Part shown: positions 14,290 through 25,700 of the stretch, piece by piece
Numbering within the stretch: position 1 is the stretch's first letter
How the letters are laid out: the number at the start of each line of letters is the position of its first letter
Origin: Mobula hypostoma
Lineage: Eukaryota
NCBI RefSeq assembly: GCF_963921235.1
Contig: NC_086098.1
Span: 238,018,001-238,082,000 of the forward strand
Length of the DNA: 64,000 bases
Direction of reading: 5' to 3'
The notes under the pieces: generated by a model
Told to the model about the DNA's origin: nothing
The model's database searches: none
Seen by the model: only the letters and a program-made list of their open reading frames with translations
Position numbers and translations under genes: made by a program

Positions 14290-14890
14290 GCCCCAGAAGA
14301 GATCCCAATATTCCTGAAGCCATGTCCCATGCACCAACTTCTCATCCACACATTAATTTACCAAATCATCCTGTTTCTACCCTCACTGGCGCATAGCACA
14401 TGCAGCAATCCAGAAATTACTCTCCGGGAGGTACTGTTTCTCGGCTTCTACCTGGCTCTCTAAATTCTCTTTTCATGACCGCTCTGCTTTTCCTTCCTAT
14501 CTCATTGGCACCAATATGTACCAAGTTGTCTGGCTGCTCTCCCTCACTCTCCAAAATTTTGTAGACGCGATCCGAGACGTCCCTAACTCTGGCACCTCAG
14601 AAACAACATACTATTCGGGTGCCCTGTTCACGTCCACTGAAACTCCTGTCTGCCCCCCTGACCATTGATTCCCCTATCACTACCGATCCACTCTTCATCC
14701 ACTTTCCCTTCTGAACCATGAAACCATGCTCTGTGCCAATAACTCGGTCTCCGTGGCAATCTACTGGGAGATCGTCCTCCACAACAGCATCCAAAACTGT
14801 ATGTTTATTATTAAGACGAATGGCCACAGGGATGCTCTGTGCTAACTGACTATTCACATTTACATTTCTCTTAACAGTCACCCATCTTGC
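14290..14890 (-). mobile_element. CR1 ORF1 (esterase) fragment
   Basis: IPVAIRLNNKHTVLD...VVIGESMVRGADR. Confidence 0.75.
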
Positions 14891-15667
14891 CATTGACTCG
14901 CACGTCTCAGAAACCGCATGAGGAAAGAAACGTCACTGGACAGCATGAGGAGATGACTGGCGCTGTGGAAATGCATGACCGTCTCTTCACATCGTTGCCC
15001 ACGTTTTCAGAATGGTTGCATAGAAATTGTCATCGAGCCCAAATCACCTCGCATAAGTAATATTAAAAATGACTGTGAGCTACATAAGCAGGCATTAAGT
15101 AAGCAGAGTCATAGAATCACAGAACGGAAACAAGTCTTTCAGTCCAACTGGTCCATGCTGAGCAAGATGGTCCATACAAGTATGTCTCACTTGCCTGTGC
15201 TTGAACCATATCCCTCTCAACAATTCCTATGTACGTACCTTTAACTGTCCTTTTCAAGTTTTCGTTGTAACCCTCTCAACCAAATCCATATAGATACCAC
15301 ATCTTGTTTAAAAAATTGCCCCTAAAGTTCCTCTCCTCTTTCCCCTATCACTTGACACCTATGCCCTCCATTTCTTGATAACCTAACTCTGTGAATAAAG
15401 ACTTTCACAACATATTTGCACTTCGTGATTTTATACCCACTATAAGATCTCTTCTCAGTCTCCCACTTTTTAAGGAGTGAAGTCCAGGCCTGTCTAACGT
15501 ATCCATGTAAGTCGTGCCCCGAACCCTAACGTCCTTGTAAACCTTTTCTGCATTCTTTCCAGTTTAATAACATCTTTCCGAAACTAATGATCTCCAAGGA
15601 TTTTCATAAACAACAGTATCTAGAGTTAACGGAGTCTGGAAAGGAAAACAAATAAAAACATCGAGAG

Positions 15668-17419
15668 CAACAGGAATTCTGCAGATGCTGGAATTTCAAG
15701 CAACACACATCAAAGTTGCTGGTGAACGCTGCAGGCCAGGCAGCATCTCTAGGAAGAGGTACAGTCGACGTTTCAGGCCGAGACCCTTCGTCAGGACTAA
15801 CTGAAGGAAGAGTGAGTAAGAGATTCGAAAGTGGGGGGGGGGTGGAGATCCAAAATGATACGAGAAGATAGGAGGGGGAGGGATGGAGCAAAGAGCTGGA
15901 CAGGTGATTGGCAAAGGGGATATGAGAGGATCATGGGACAGGAGATCCGGGGAGAAAATCAAGGGGGGGAAACTCCAGAGGATGGGCAAGGGGTATAGTC
16001 AGAGGGACAGAGGGAGAAAAAGGAGAGTGAGAGAAAGAATGTGTGTATAAAAATAAATAACGGATGGGGTACGAGGGGGAGGTGGGGCATTAGCGGAAGT
16101 TAGAGAAGTCGATGTTCATGCCATCAGGTTGAAGGCTACCCAGTCGGAATATAAGGTGTTGTTCCTCCAACCTGAGTGTGGCTTCATCTTTACAGCAGAG
16201 GAGGCCGTGAATAGACATGTCAGAATGGGAATTGGATGTGGAATTAAAATGTGTGGCCACTGAGAGATCCTGCTTTCTCTGGCGGACAGAGCGTAGGTTT
16301 TAAAGAAAGGGGCTTCCCTTCCTCCACCATCAACTCTGCTCTCAAACGCATCTCCCCCATTTCACGTACATCTGCTCTCACTCCATCCTCCCGCACACCC
16401 CACTAGGAATAGGGTTCCCCTGGTCCTCACTTACCACCCCACCAGCCTCCGGGTCCAACATATTATTCTCCGTAACTTCCGCCACCTACAACGGGATCCC
16501 ACCACTAAGCACATCTTTCCGTCCCATCCCTCTCTCTCCTTTCCGCAGGGATCGCTCCCTACGCGACTCCCTTGTCCATTCGTTCCCCCCCCCCCCCCCC
16601 GCCATCCCTCCCCACTGATCTCCCTCCTGGCACTTATCCTTGTAAGCGGAACAAGTGCTACACATGCCCTTACACTTCCTCCCTTACCACCATTCAGGGC
16701 CCCAGACAATCCTTCCAGGTGAAGCGACACTTCACCTGTGAGTCGGCTGGGGTGATATACTGCGTTCGGTGCTCCCGATGTGGCCTTCTATATATTGGCG
16801 AGACCCGACGCAGACTGGGAGACCGCTTTGCTGAACACCTACGCTCTGTCCGCCAGAGAAAGCAGGATCTCCCAGTCGCCACATGTTTTAATTCCACATC
16901 CCATTCCAATTCTGACATGTCTATCTACGGCCTCCTCTACTGTAAAGATAAAGCCACACTGAGGTTGGAGGAACAATAACTTATATTCCGTCTGGGTAGC
17001 CTCCAACCTGATGGCATGTGCATCAACTTCTCTAACTTCCGCTAATGCCCCACCTCCCCCTCGTACCCCATCCGTTATTTATTTTTATAGACACATTCGT
17101 TCTCTGAATCTCCTTTTTCTCCCTCTGTGCCTCTGACTATACCCCTTGCCCATCCTCTGGGTTTCCCCCTCCCCTTTGTCTTTCTCCCCGGACCTCCTGT
17201 CCCATGATCCTCTCATATCCCCTTTGCCAATCACCTGTCCAGCTCTTGGCTCCATCCATCCCCCTCCTGTCTTCTCCTATCATTTTGGATCTCCCCCTCC
17301 CCCTCCTACTTTCAAATCTCTTACTAACTCTTCCTTCAGTTAGTCCTGCCGAAGGGTCTCGGCCTGAAACGTCGACTGTGCCTCTTCCTAGAAGTGCTGC
17401 CTGGCCTACTGCGTTCACC
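15668..17419. mobile_element. Penelope-like element with inverted structure and 14-bp TSD
   Basis: 15668-~16298 minus and ~16299-17419 plus; GIY-YIG ORF 16572-16979 (LYIGETRRRLGDRFAEH); aaaaacatcgagag at 15654-15667 and 17420-17433. Confidence 0.92.
15762..15799 (-). ncRNA. Minimal type-I hammerhead ribozyme motif, intact core
   Basis: UAGUC CUGACGA A GGGU-CUCG-GCCU GAAAC GUC^ GACUG: stem I 5 bp, stem II hairpin, palindromic ACGU stem III. Confidence 0.75.
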
Positions 17420-17454
17420 AAAAACATCGAGAGTGCGGCAATTTTGTGGGCGCC

Positions 17455-17600
17455 AACGCCTTGTTTCTGAGAGTGATGAGAGGAAAATAGCCAGACTGGA
17501 TCAAGCTGACAGGAAGGTGACAGTATTTCAAGTGGCCACGCGTTGTAACAGTGGTGTGCAGAAGAGCGTTTATGAACGCACAAGACTCGAATCCTGAAGT
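17455..17600 (+). mobile_element. Tc1-like transposase fragment
   Basis: ARLDQADRKVTVFQVATRCNSGVQKSVYERT. Confidence 0.6.
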
Positions 17601-18067
17601 GATTCAAAATTCAAGAGCACGAACATTAGCTTAGTGGACAGGTTAACAGTTACATATAATAAAATGACTATTGCGTGTATGAAAGCCAGCGTGCCAAATG
17701 TAATTGCAAATGAATTCAGTGCATTTGGTGAGGTGTAGTCTGAAGGGGGTAAACCACGGTGTAATTATCAATTCTACGGATCAAAGAATGAATTTCTAAT
17801 AATGTTTCCATCCCAAGGCTTCTCCCGCTTAGCCGACCCACACCTATCACCCAACTATCCACAAAAAGAAAACAGTTCACTGAAGAATAACGAAGTTAAA
17901 TGTATTTCTATGAAACTCTCTGGGTCTGATCTCAATATTACAGGCTTTGGAAAAGGTACCGTAATAAGAGTTTTACCAGGGAGGCCCTAGAACTTAGAGA
18001 TAATACCGAATAACAAAAAAAAGTCGGAAGAGGAAGCTAACTTTATCAAATAGTTTGATGGGAGTGA

Positions 18068-18257
18068 GCAACGCACACACAAAGTGTTGAAGGAATTCAG
18101 CAGATCAGGCAGTATCTATGAAGGGGAATGAGCAGTCGATGTTTCGGGCCCAGCCCTTTCATCAGGTCACCTCCATAGATGCTGCCTGACTTAATGAGTT
18201 GCTCCAGCATTTTGTTTGTGTTGCACACGGTTTCCAGCATCTGCTGATTCTCGTGTG
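18068..18257. mobile_element. Short fold-back Penelope-derived element
   Basis: Inverted arms of the terminal repeat with a degenerate hammerhead at 18133-18168 (-). Confidence 0.65.
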
Positions 18258-18439
18258 CTTTTCAGAAGCAGGAGAATAGTGGCTGACTGCAAGACTGAGT
18301 TGGAGGAGCGGTCATAACGATCATCCCTAATGAATCCAACGTGGAAATCGGGAAATATATAAAACTTTCAGAGTGAGAACAAGGCGGAACCCGCACGAGG
18401 CGGTGATCAGTCGCAGCAGATTGAACATCGATCTTGTCG

Positions 18440-20270
18440 GTCACACGAGTGGGAAAGAAACGGAAGTAGATAGCAATGGGTAGCATGGAGAGAAGTGAGA
18501 GCGAGTTCAACAGAGATGCGCTCAACAAAAAGTACATTCCAGTTAAAAGCAAGGAAAGTAAGGGTGGGGAGAACCAGCCTTGGATAAGTAAGGAAATAAA
18601 AGAAAGCAATAAATTAAAAGCTCGTGCATAAAAAGTCGCCAAGACTAGTGGGAAACTGGAAGATTGGAGACACTTTAATAAATCAGCAAAGAACCACTAA
18701 GTGAACAATAAAGAACGGGAAGCTAAATTATGAATATAAACCAGCACAAAATATAAAACGGATAGCAACTTTTTTATCATTATAAACAGAAGAAAAGGGT
18801 GGCTAAAGTGTACGTAGATCCCTTGGAGAACGAGAAAGGGAAGTTGATATTGGGTAATGAGAAAATGGCAGAGGCTTTGAAGGACTACGTTGTACTTGCC
18901 TTCACAGTGCAGGACACGTCTGACTTGCCAAAAAGAGATGTTACGGATGCGATGGGAGGTGAGCACCTCAATACAATAGCTATCACTAAAACGGTAGTGT
19001 TGAGCAAACTTGTGGGCCTAAAAATAGACAAGTCTCCTGGTCCTGATGGAATGCATCCCAAAGTACTGAAAGAAACAGTAGAAGTTACTTTCGAGCTTGG
19101 ATGATAATTTACCAAAATTCCCTGGACTCTGGGCAGGGCCCGGCGGATTGAAATCTGCGTATGTCACGCCACTGCTCAGAAAAGGATGTAGGCAAAAGAC
19201 AGGCAACTATAGGCCAGTTAGTTTAACATATGTAGTTGGGAAAATAGTTGAAACTATCATTAAAGACGAAATGAAAAGAAATGGATCAATCAGGGAAACG
19301 CAACATGGATTCAGCAAAGGCAGGTCCTGTTTGACAAATGTACTGGAGATCTTTGAGGATATAACGAGCGCAGTGGATAGAGGGGAATAGTTGGACGTTA
19401 AATATTTGGACTTTCAGAAGGCGATCGATAAGGTGCCGCATAAAAGACTTATCTATAAGAGAAGGATGCATCGAGTCGGGGGTGAAGTATTACCATAGAA
19501 AAAGGATTGGTTAACTAATAGAAAGCAGAGAGCTGGGAACATTTGTTTCTGTGGTGGGCAATCAGTACTGACCAGTGTGCCGCAGGGGTTGGTGCTGGGC
19601 CCGCAACTGTTCACGATAGACATTAACAATCTGGACAGAGTGCAGTGTATCTAAGTTTGCTGATTATACTAATTGAGTGGAAAAACAAATTGTGCAGAAG
19701 ATACGGAGAGTCTGCAGACATATAGATATGTCAAGTGACTGAGCAAGGGTCTGGAAGATGGAGTACAGTCTTGGTAAATGCGAGGTCATCAACTTTGGAA
19801 CGGAAAACGAAAGAGATGATTATTATTTAAACGGTAAAAACTTCCAGTATGCAAAAGGGGACTTGGGGGTGTTTGTACATGAATCACAAAAGATTGGTTT
19901 GCAGCTGCAGAAGGCTATCAAGAAGGCAAATGTAATGTTGGACTTCATTGATGGAGGAATTGCATTCAAGAGCAGGGAGGTTATGCTGCAACTGTACAAG
20001 GTACTGGTGAGGAAGGATATACTAGCTTTGGAGGCGGTGCAGAGGAGCGGTGGAATTCTCTATCTAATGAAGCAATGGAGGCTACCTCAGCAAATATATT
20101 TAAGAGAAGGTCGGATATATTTTGCATAGTAGTGGAATTAAGGATTATTGTGAAAAGGCAGGTAGATGGAGATGAGTCCATCGCCAGCTCAGCCATGATC
20201 TTATTGAATGGCGAAGTAGGCTCGACGTACTAGATGGCCGACTCCTGCTCCTATTTCTTATGCTCTTATG
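18440..20270 (+). mobile_element. CR1 LINE, decayed
   Basis: DKSPGPDGMHPKVLKE, NYRPVSLT, QHGFSKGRSCLTN; CR1 3' end near 20270. Confidence 0.88.
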
Positions 20271-21329
20271 AGTTACTGGAAAGCAGAAGCACCAGTTAAA
20301 TTCTACAGGGGCGGCCTCACGCCCGATTGCGAAAGCCTGAGTCTTGGACATTGGACTAACAACCCCATCCCGTAAAAAGACATACCTACAGATATGCCAG
20401 CCGAAGTCCCAAAGGCCACATCCATGGGTGGTCCAAGTTTTGCGAAGGTGGGCTCCGCCTGGGGACAATTTGAAAGACTGGCCCAGGACAAAGGATTCTG
20501 TAAAGATGCTGTCAGCGGCCTATAATGCAGGAGGGGTTAAGAAGAAGAAGAGTCGCCACTAGGGCGCCCTTATGAGAGGAAGTGAACTTTCAGAGTACAC
20601 TCACCAAATTCTGAAAAACTCAGAATTCCGGCAGATTCTTTGGACAAAGATAAACCGTTAATGTCTCGGACCGAGGCCCTTCATCAGAACTGAAGACTGA
20701 TAAGGGACAAAGAGTGAAATGGACTTAATTTTCCATTCAAAGCACAACTACTGGTTTTGGACCGAAATAGCCGCATTGTGCCATAACCAAATCGGTGCTC
20801 GAGAGAGAATTGACCTTCAGTAACAAGGAAATGAATCAGACCCTGATACAAAGGCAGCAGGACGTGCTGTCATCATAGACGTCCAGTGAACAGCTACTGT
20901 GGAAATCGTAGGCAGACTCACTCACAATGCATCTATTTCATTTTCAGGCGCTTCAAATACTGATAAACAGTTGCAGCAACAGTTAACGGTTAAGGTGGAA
21001 AACATGACCGAATTAGAACTTCTGTGTGGGTTTCCTGTTTTCGTAGTTTGGACGCTGCTGCCCAAAGGTCAGCCTCTCAGCATTAATGTTATATGTCACA
21101 TTCAAGACACTGCAGCCCACAACGAGCATATTTGTGGAAATTAACCTCGTATACTGTGCCCCATGTTACATTCTGTGAACACGAGAAGCGCAATGTGAAC
21201 AACATTCAATCTTAAATAAATAAATAGAAATATAACACCGGATGAACATATTCTTGGGGCACTGGCCACTCCAACAGGATCTGCATCCATATTTAATATC
21301 ACTTCAACGAGTCCTGCGTAATCCTGTAA

Positions 21330-21930
21330 CCATATGACATAGGAACAGAATTCGGCTATTCAACGCGTCGAGCCTGCTCCGCTATTCTATCCTGTCTGAT
21401 CTATTTCGCTTTCCACCTGCCTTTCCCCCGAAACATTTGATGCCCTTACCAATCTAGAACGTAACAATCTTCGCTTTAAATACATCCAATACATGGCCTC
21501 CACAGCCGTCTGTGGAAATGTGTTTCACCGATTCGCCACCCTCTTGCTAAAAAAATTCCTCCTTATCACTATTCTGAAGGGACATCATACTATTTTAAGA
21601 TTGTACCCTCTGGTCATAGACTCTCCCACAATTGGAAACATCGTCTCCACCTCCACTCTAAATAGGCCTTTCAATATTCCATTGGTTTTGATGAGATGCC
21701 ACACCCCCAGCCCACCACCACCAACAGCACCATTTTCTAAACTTCTGCAAGTTCAAGCACAGAACCATCAAGCGCTCTTCAGATGCTAACTCTTTCATTC
21801 CCAAGGTCAACCTGGTGAACCTCCTCTATACCGTCTCCAATGGAACCTCGTCCTCCCTGAGATAAGGCGCCCAAAGCTACTCACAATAATCCAATTGCTG
21901 TCTGACCTTACAAAGCCTCAGCATTGCAAC
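21330..21930 (-). mobile_element. CR1 3' fragment
   Basis: Reverse complement of the CR1 3' region shared with other copies. Confidence 0.7.
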
Positions 21931-22479
21931 AACGCTATAGGAATCACCATTAATTATAAACGCCTTTCGCTGTATGAATATAGTGACTGCAAGAACATGT
22001 CAGAGGTTGGAATCCCAGAATGAGCAATACTTTTTGACAACACCATCAATTTCTACCTTAACACAGGTCATGAATGCAATAGAATACTCTCTGCCGGTCT
22101 CTATTGGTGCAGTTCCGACAAGGCAAACTCGGTATTGTTCATTGTAAAGTACCCCCATCAAAATTGAATGCAGTTACCCTCCCAGGCAAATCCAACAGCT
22201 CTTCCCGAACCTTGGGCAAGCAGTTTAGGTGTAACAGGGACGGGAATACACCGCTGCAGGTTCTCCTCCAAATCGTGAATTACCCTATATTGTACATCTG
22301 TGTTCCGTCAATGTCTCTGATTCTAATGTCTCTGCTACCCTTACAAGAGGGGCTGCAGTAAGTACGCACAGTTGACTCATCGCCAGCTTCTGCGGGAATT
22401 TAATCAAGAGGAAATGAATGCGGCTTTTGTTAGCGATGCACATGTCTCCATCCCGGAAACCATGTTCAAACCATGCTCT

Positions 22480-22710
22480 GTTTGGCAGACTTCCTGAACA
22501 ATTCTCCATAGCCGTTTGATCTTGTGACGAACAGACGCGGTAACCTGGTGCAATAAGCACCAGGTGCAGTTTCGATGTATAGGCCCCGCCCCGGAACTTC
22601 GGCACCGAGCAGTGTCCATGACAGCCAAGAGGCTGCGCAGAGCTGCGGCTGAAATCAGTCCGACTCCTGGGAGTCGATCACAGCGCCGCTGAATACCGGC
22701 CCGAGTCTAG
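22480..22710 (+). promoter_or_regulatory. Putative gene A promoter
   Basis: CpG-rich. ETS-like ACTTCCTG (~22489), 9-bp inverted repeat 22543-22565 overlapping E-box CAGGTG, GC box GGCCCCGCCCC (~22583), CCGGAA. Confidence 0.45.
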
Positions 22711-22765
22711 ATGTTAATGGAAGTTTTGACCCTGTTCGTTGCCGTTCAGATGTTTCGTGTTTGTG
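22711..22765 (+). CDS. Gene A exon 1, signal peptide MLMEVLTLFVAVQMFRVC
   Basis: ATG at 22711, hydrophobic stretch, phase-1 donor G|gtgagt. Confidence 0.8.
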
Positions 22766-25700
22766 GTGAGTGAGTCGGCCTTGAGAACTTCCAAACAAGA
22801 TTGCCCAAAATTTTGGGAGAAACGGGCACTTGCATGTTTGTTATCCCAGTGGAAATGTTGTTCGGTTATAAAACCGGATCATTCATCGGGATTAAGTTAC
22901 CCTCACGACCTTCGCCCCGCTCTCTGCATCCAACATCCCACGAGACTGGGGAAATAAATTTTAGTGAATCATATAAATCTGGGTTACAAAGCTAGAACCT
23001 CATTAATGCTGATTCTAAAACAACCTAGATAAATTCTAAATAATTTTCTCGTTAAGTCTCGCTCTTTTCTATTCGTGATTCGTATCTGGCCCACTTATTC
23101 TCTGTGCCTGTACGTAACGCGAAACCCAGTGCAGAATGTTTGGCGGCCCTGCCTGATATGGTCACCAAACATCTCAATTTAAAGTCACCTGCGGAATCAT
23201 GAACAAACTAATTTTGCCGGCTACACATCGTGTAAATGAATAAAGGAAAACTCATAAAAATTTGACCTAGTTAACGTGTATTTTCCTTCTGGTCGAACGT
23301 TAGGTGTTGTTGAGATACCTTAGCAAATAAGACAAATCCGACTTCGTTTGATTCCGTAGTAGATAATTTTAATTAACTAATAATAATTCCAGTTGCAGAA
23401 CCCAATCAGTTTTCTGAGAGTCTGTCTGTAGTGACTGCAGATATCGGTCAGATGGTTGAACTCTCCTGCGAACTCACGTACAGAGTGGAGGTCGCAAGCA
23501 ATGTGTTCTGGTACAAACAGTGTGCGGACGAACCCCCGGTAGCGATCAAATCCACGGACTGCCGAAAGACCGGCTGTAAGACCACTCACAAAAAAGGCTC
23601 TGGCGATCGCACATCAGTGCTGGAACTCCGGGACGTCCATGTGGAGGATTCGGGTTCCTACTACTGTTCTAGAAGGGATTCGCTGCTTGCGAAGGGACCC
23701 ACACTCCTGGTTGGAGGTAAGAGAACTCGACAGTGGGATAATACTCCGCCATGTACTTCATGTAAAGCTGCAGTTAACGATGTCCCAATCTCTGGCCAGA
23801 CAGCTCCACCAATCGGACCTACATGCTGCTATTTGTCCCGCCGTCTGAGAAAAACGGTTCGGTTCACCTGGTGTGTCTGGTCGGCGGCCTTTCTTCCATC
23901 CAGATTGTCATTTACTGGAACATATCCGGACAGATCACGGAAGGATGGAGCGATACCGGCAGGCTTGACCCAGACCAGAGCTATAGTGTTAGAAGTCAGG
24001 TGTCGGTCCCAGTGGAAACCTGGATGAGCGCCGGAGACTGCACCTGTATCGCACAACTCGGGGGTGCGGGAAAGGTGATAATCAAGAGCGTGTCCCATAT
24101 CACCATTGAACCAGATCAAGGTGAGGCGATGTTTTGTACATAAAGTATTGATACTCATCTGTGGTGGAATGGCGGAGCAGACGTGATGGGCCGAACGGCC
24201 TAATTTTGCTCCTATGTCTTGTGGTCTTACGTCTGCTGGAATAACTCACAGGTTCAATAACGTCACAGTCAACATTAATTTGTATTTATTCGTTTATAAG
24301 AATCTGTTTATCTCCACCTTTGGCTGGCCTTTGAACAGCTGGGGGTGAACCTCCTTCTTAACTCTTTGATGTCCGTGACGATCTCACAGTATGGTTGGGA
24401 AAGACTTCCGGGAATTAGACACGGCAACTGGGGAAATGATTGGAAAGGTCAAGGTGGCTGTGAGACAAAGCGGAGAAACGGTCTGAGGAGCCGTATGGCC
24501 TCATGCGTTATTCCATTCTTTGAGTCATTCTTTGGTTAACGTTGCCATGGGTTTCTGGTTGTACATTACAGCTTGAAGATCAAAGGTCAAACCTTTTACC
24601 GTATACATTTACACCTTTTGGGAATTTGCTGTAGCGTGTTGGTCAGGGTACGACAGGCAACAGAAGCCAAAACCTTTCTAAAATTATAGGAGAAAAGAGT
24701 TTTAAATAAATAATTAAAAGAGCATCCACTGATGTAAAATCATTCCTAATACAACCAAATGAAAGCTCAAATAAAATGTTCTTGGAAACCATGGTTTCAC
24801 CAAACAACAATTGTCTCTCTCTAGGCTGGTGTCTTCCCACAGCGATCCTCCTTGGGATCCTTGTCTTCCTGGCTATCCTAATTATTATTCGGATCTCTAA
24901 AGAGCGGAGATCAGGTGAGGGTTGTCTTTTCCCAGAAATATCCATATAAGTATTAATAGTTATTGTGGTCCCTGTTTCAAGGCTCTGTGTGATAATTGCT
25001 GTTAATGGGTTTAGAATGGAGGAGGCGGAGAGGAGTGGTGGCGGGAAGTTGGACTGAAATCTCAGAGGGTAGGGGTCTGAGGTCTCAATCCGGCCATCAG
25101 TGGTGTCTCTGTGTATGTTGCTCATATTATTATTCTTGCTCAGTTGTTTTCCTGGGCCAACCTAAGGTATGGACATAGCCAAGCATAGTCTCAATTGCTG
25201 GAAACGTTGTACTATTCTAGAGATGTTTATTATTGTCGCTGTCTGAAAGTTTATAGAAATATTGCTGTGCAGACCTAAAAGTTTAATCCAACCGTGTAGG
25301 CACTTTCGGGAGATACAAGTAGTAGATAACACTTTTAGGACAACGTATACCCTGTTCATGTTCTATACACTTTCAATTTCGTCTTTTAATTCCGCACGTA
25401 TCTGGTGATTTTCATTTTGTGATTTCTCTATGTTAAGTGTGTTTGGAATGGCTATATCTATTAAGTTGTTCTTTCTTGTTTTTTTCCTGTAATATAAAAT
25501 CCAGGCAGCTATCATGGATCGCCCTATCAGCAATAATATAATTCATCGGTCATAATATAATTTGTCGGACACTGAATCTAAAATTGAATTAGGCTTATAT
25601 TTGGAGTAGGGTATAGTGTCTTTTATGAGTTTGGATTTTATGAGTTGTGCCTGGGTAAGTAATCAGATTGAGCTAAATTGCTGCAGTATCCTGTAATATG

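Noticed and set aside
20948-21144. Possible third V exon remnant (LTVKVENMTELELLC...VWTLLPKGQP) after a strong acceptor
   Set aside because: Cys-Trp spacing too short, no DxGxYxC motif in any frame, too short for a V domain
23431-24027. 198-aa ORF as a single-exon gene
   Set aside because: It is the V exon read through the 83-nt intron into the wrong frame of the C1 exon
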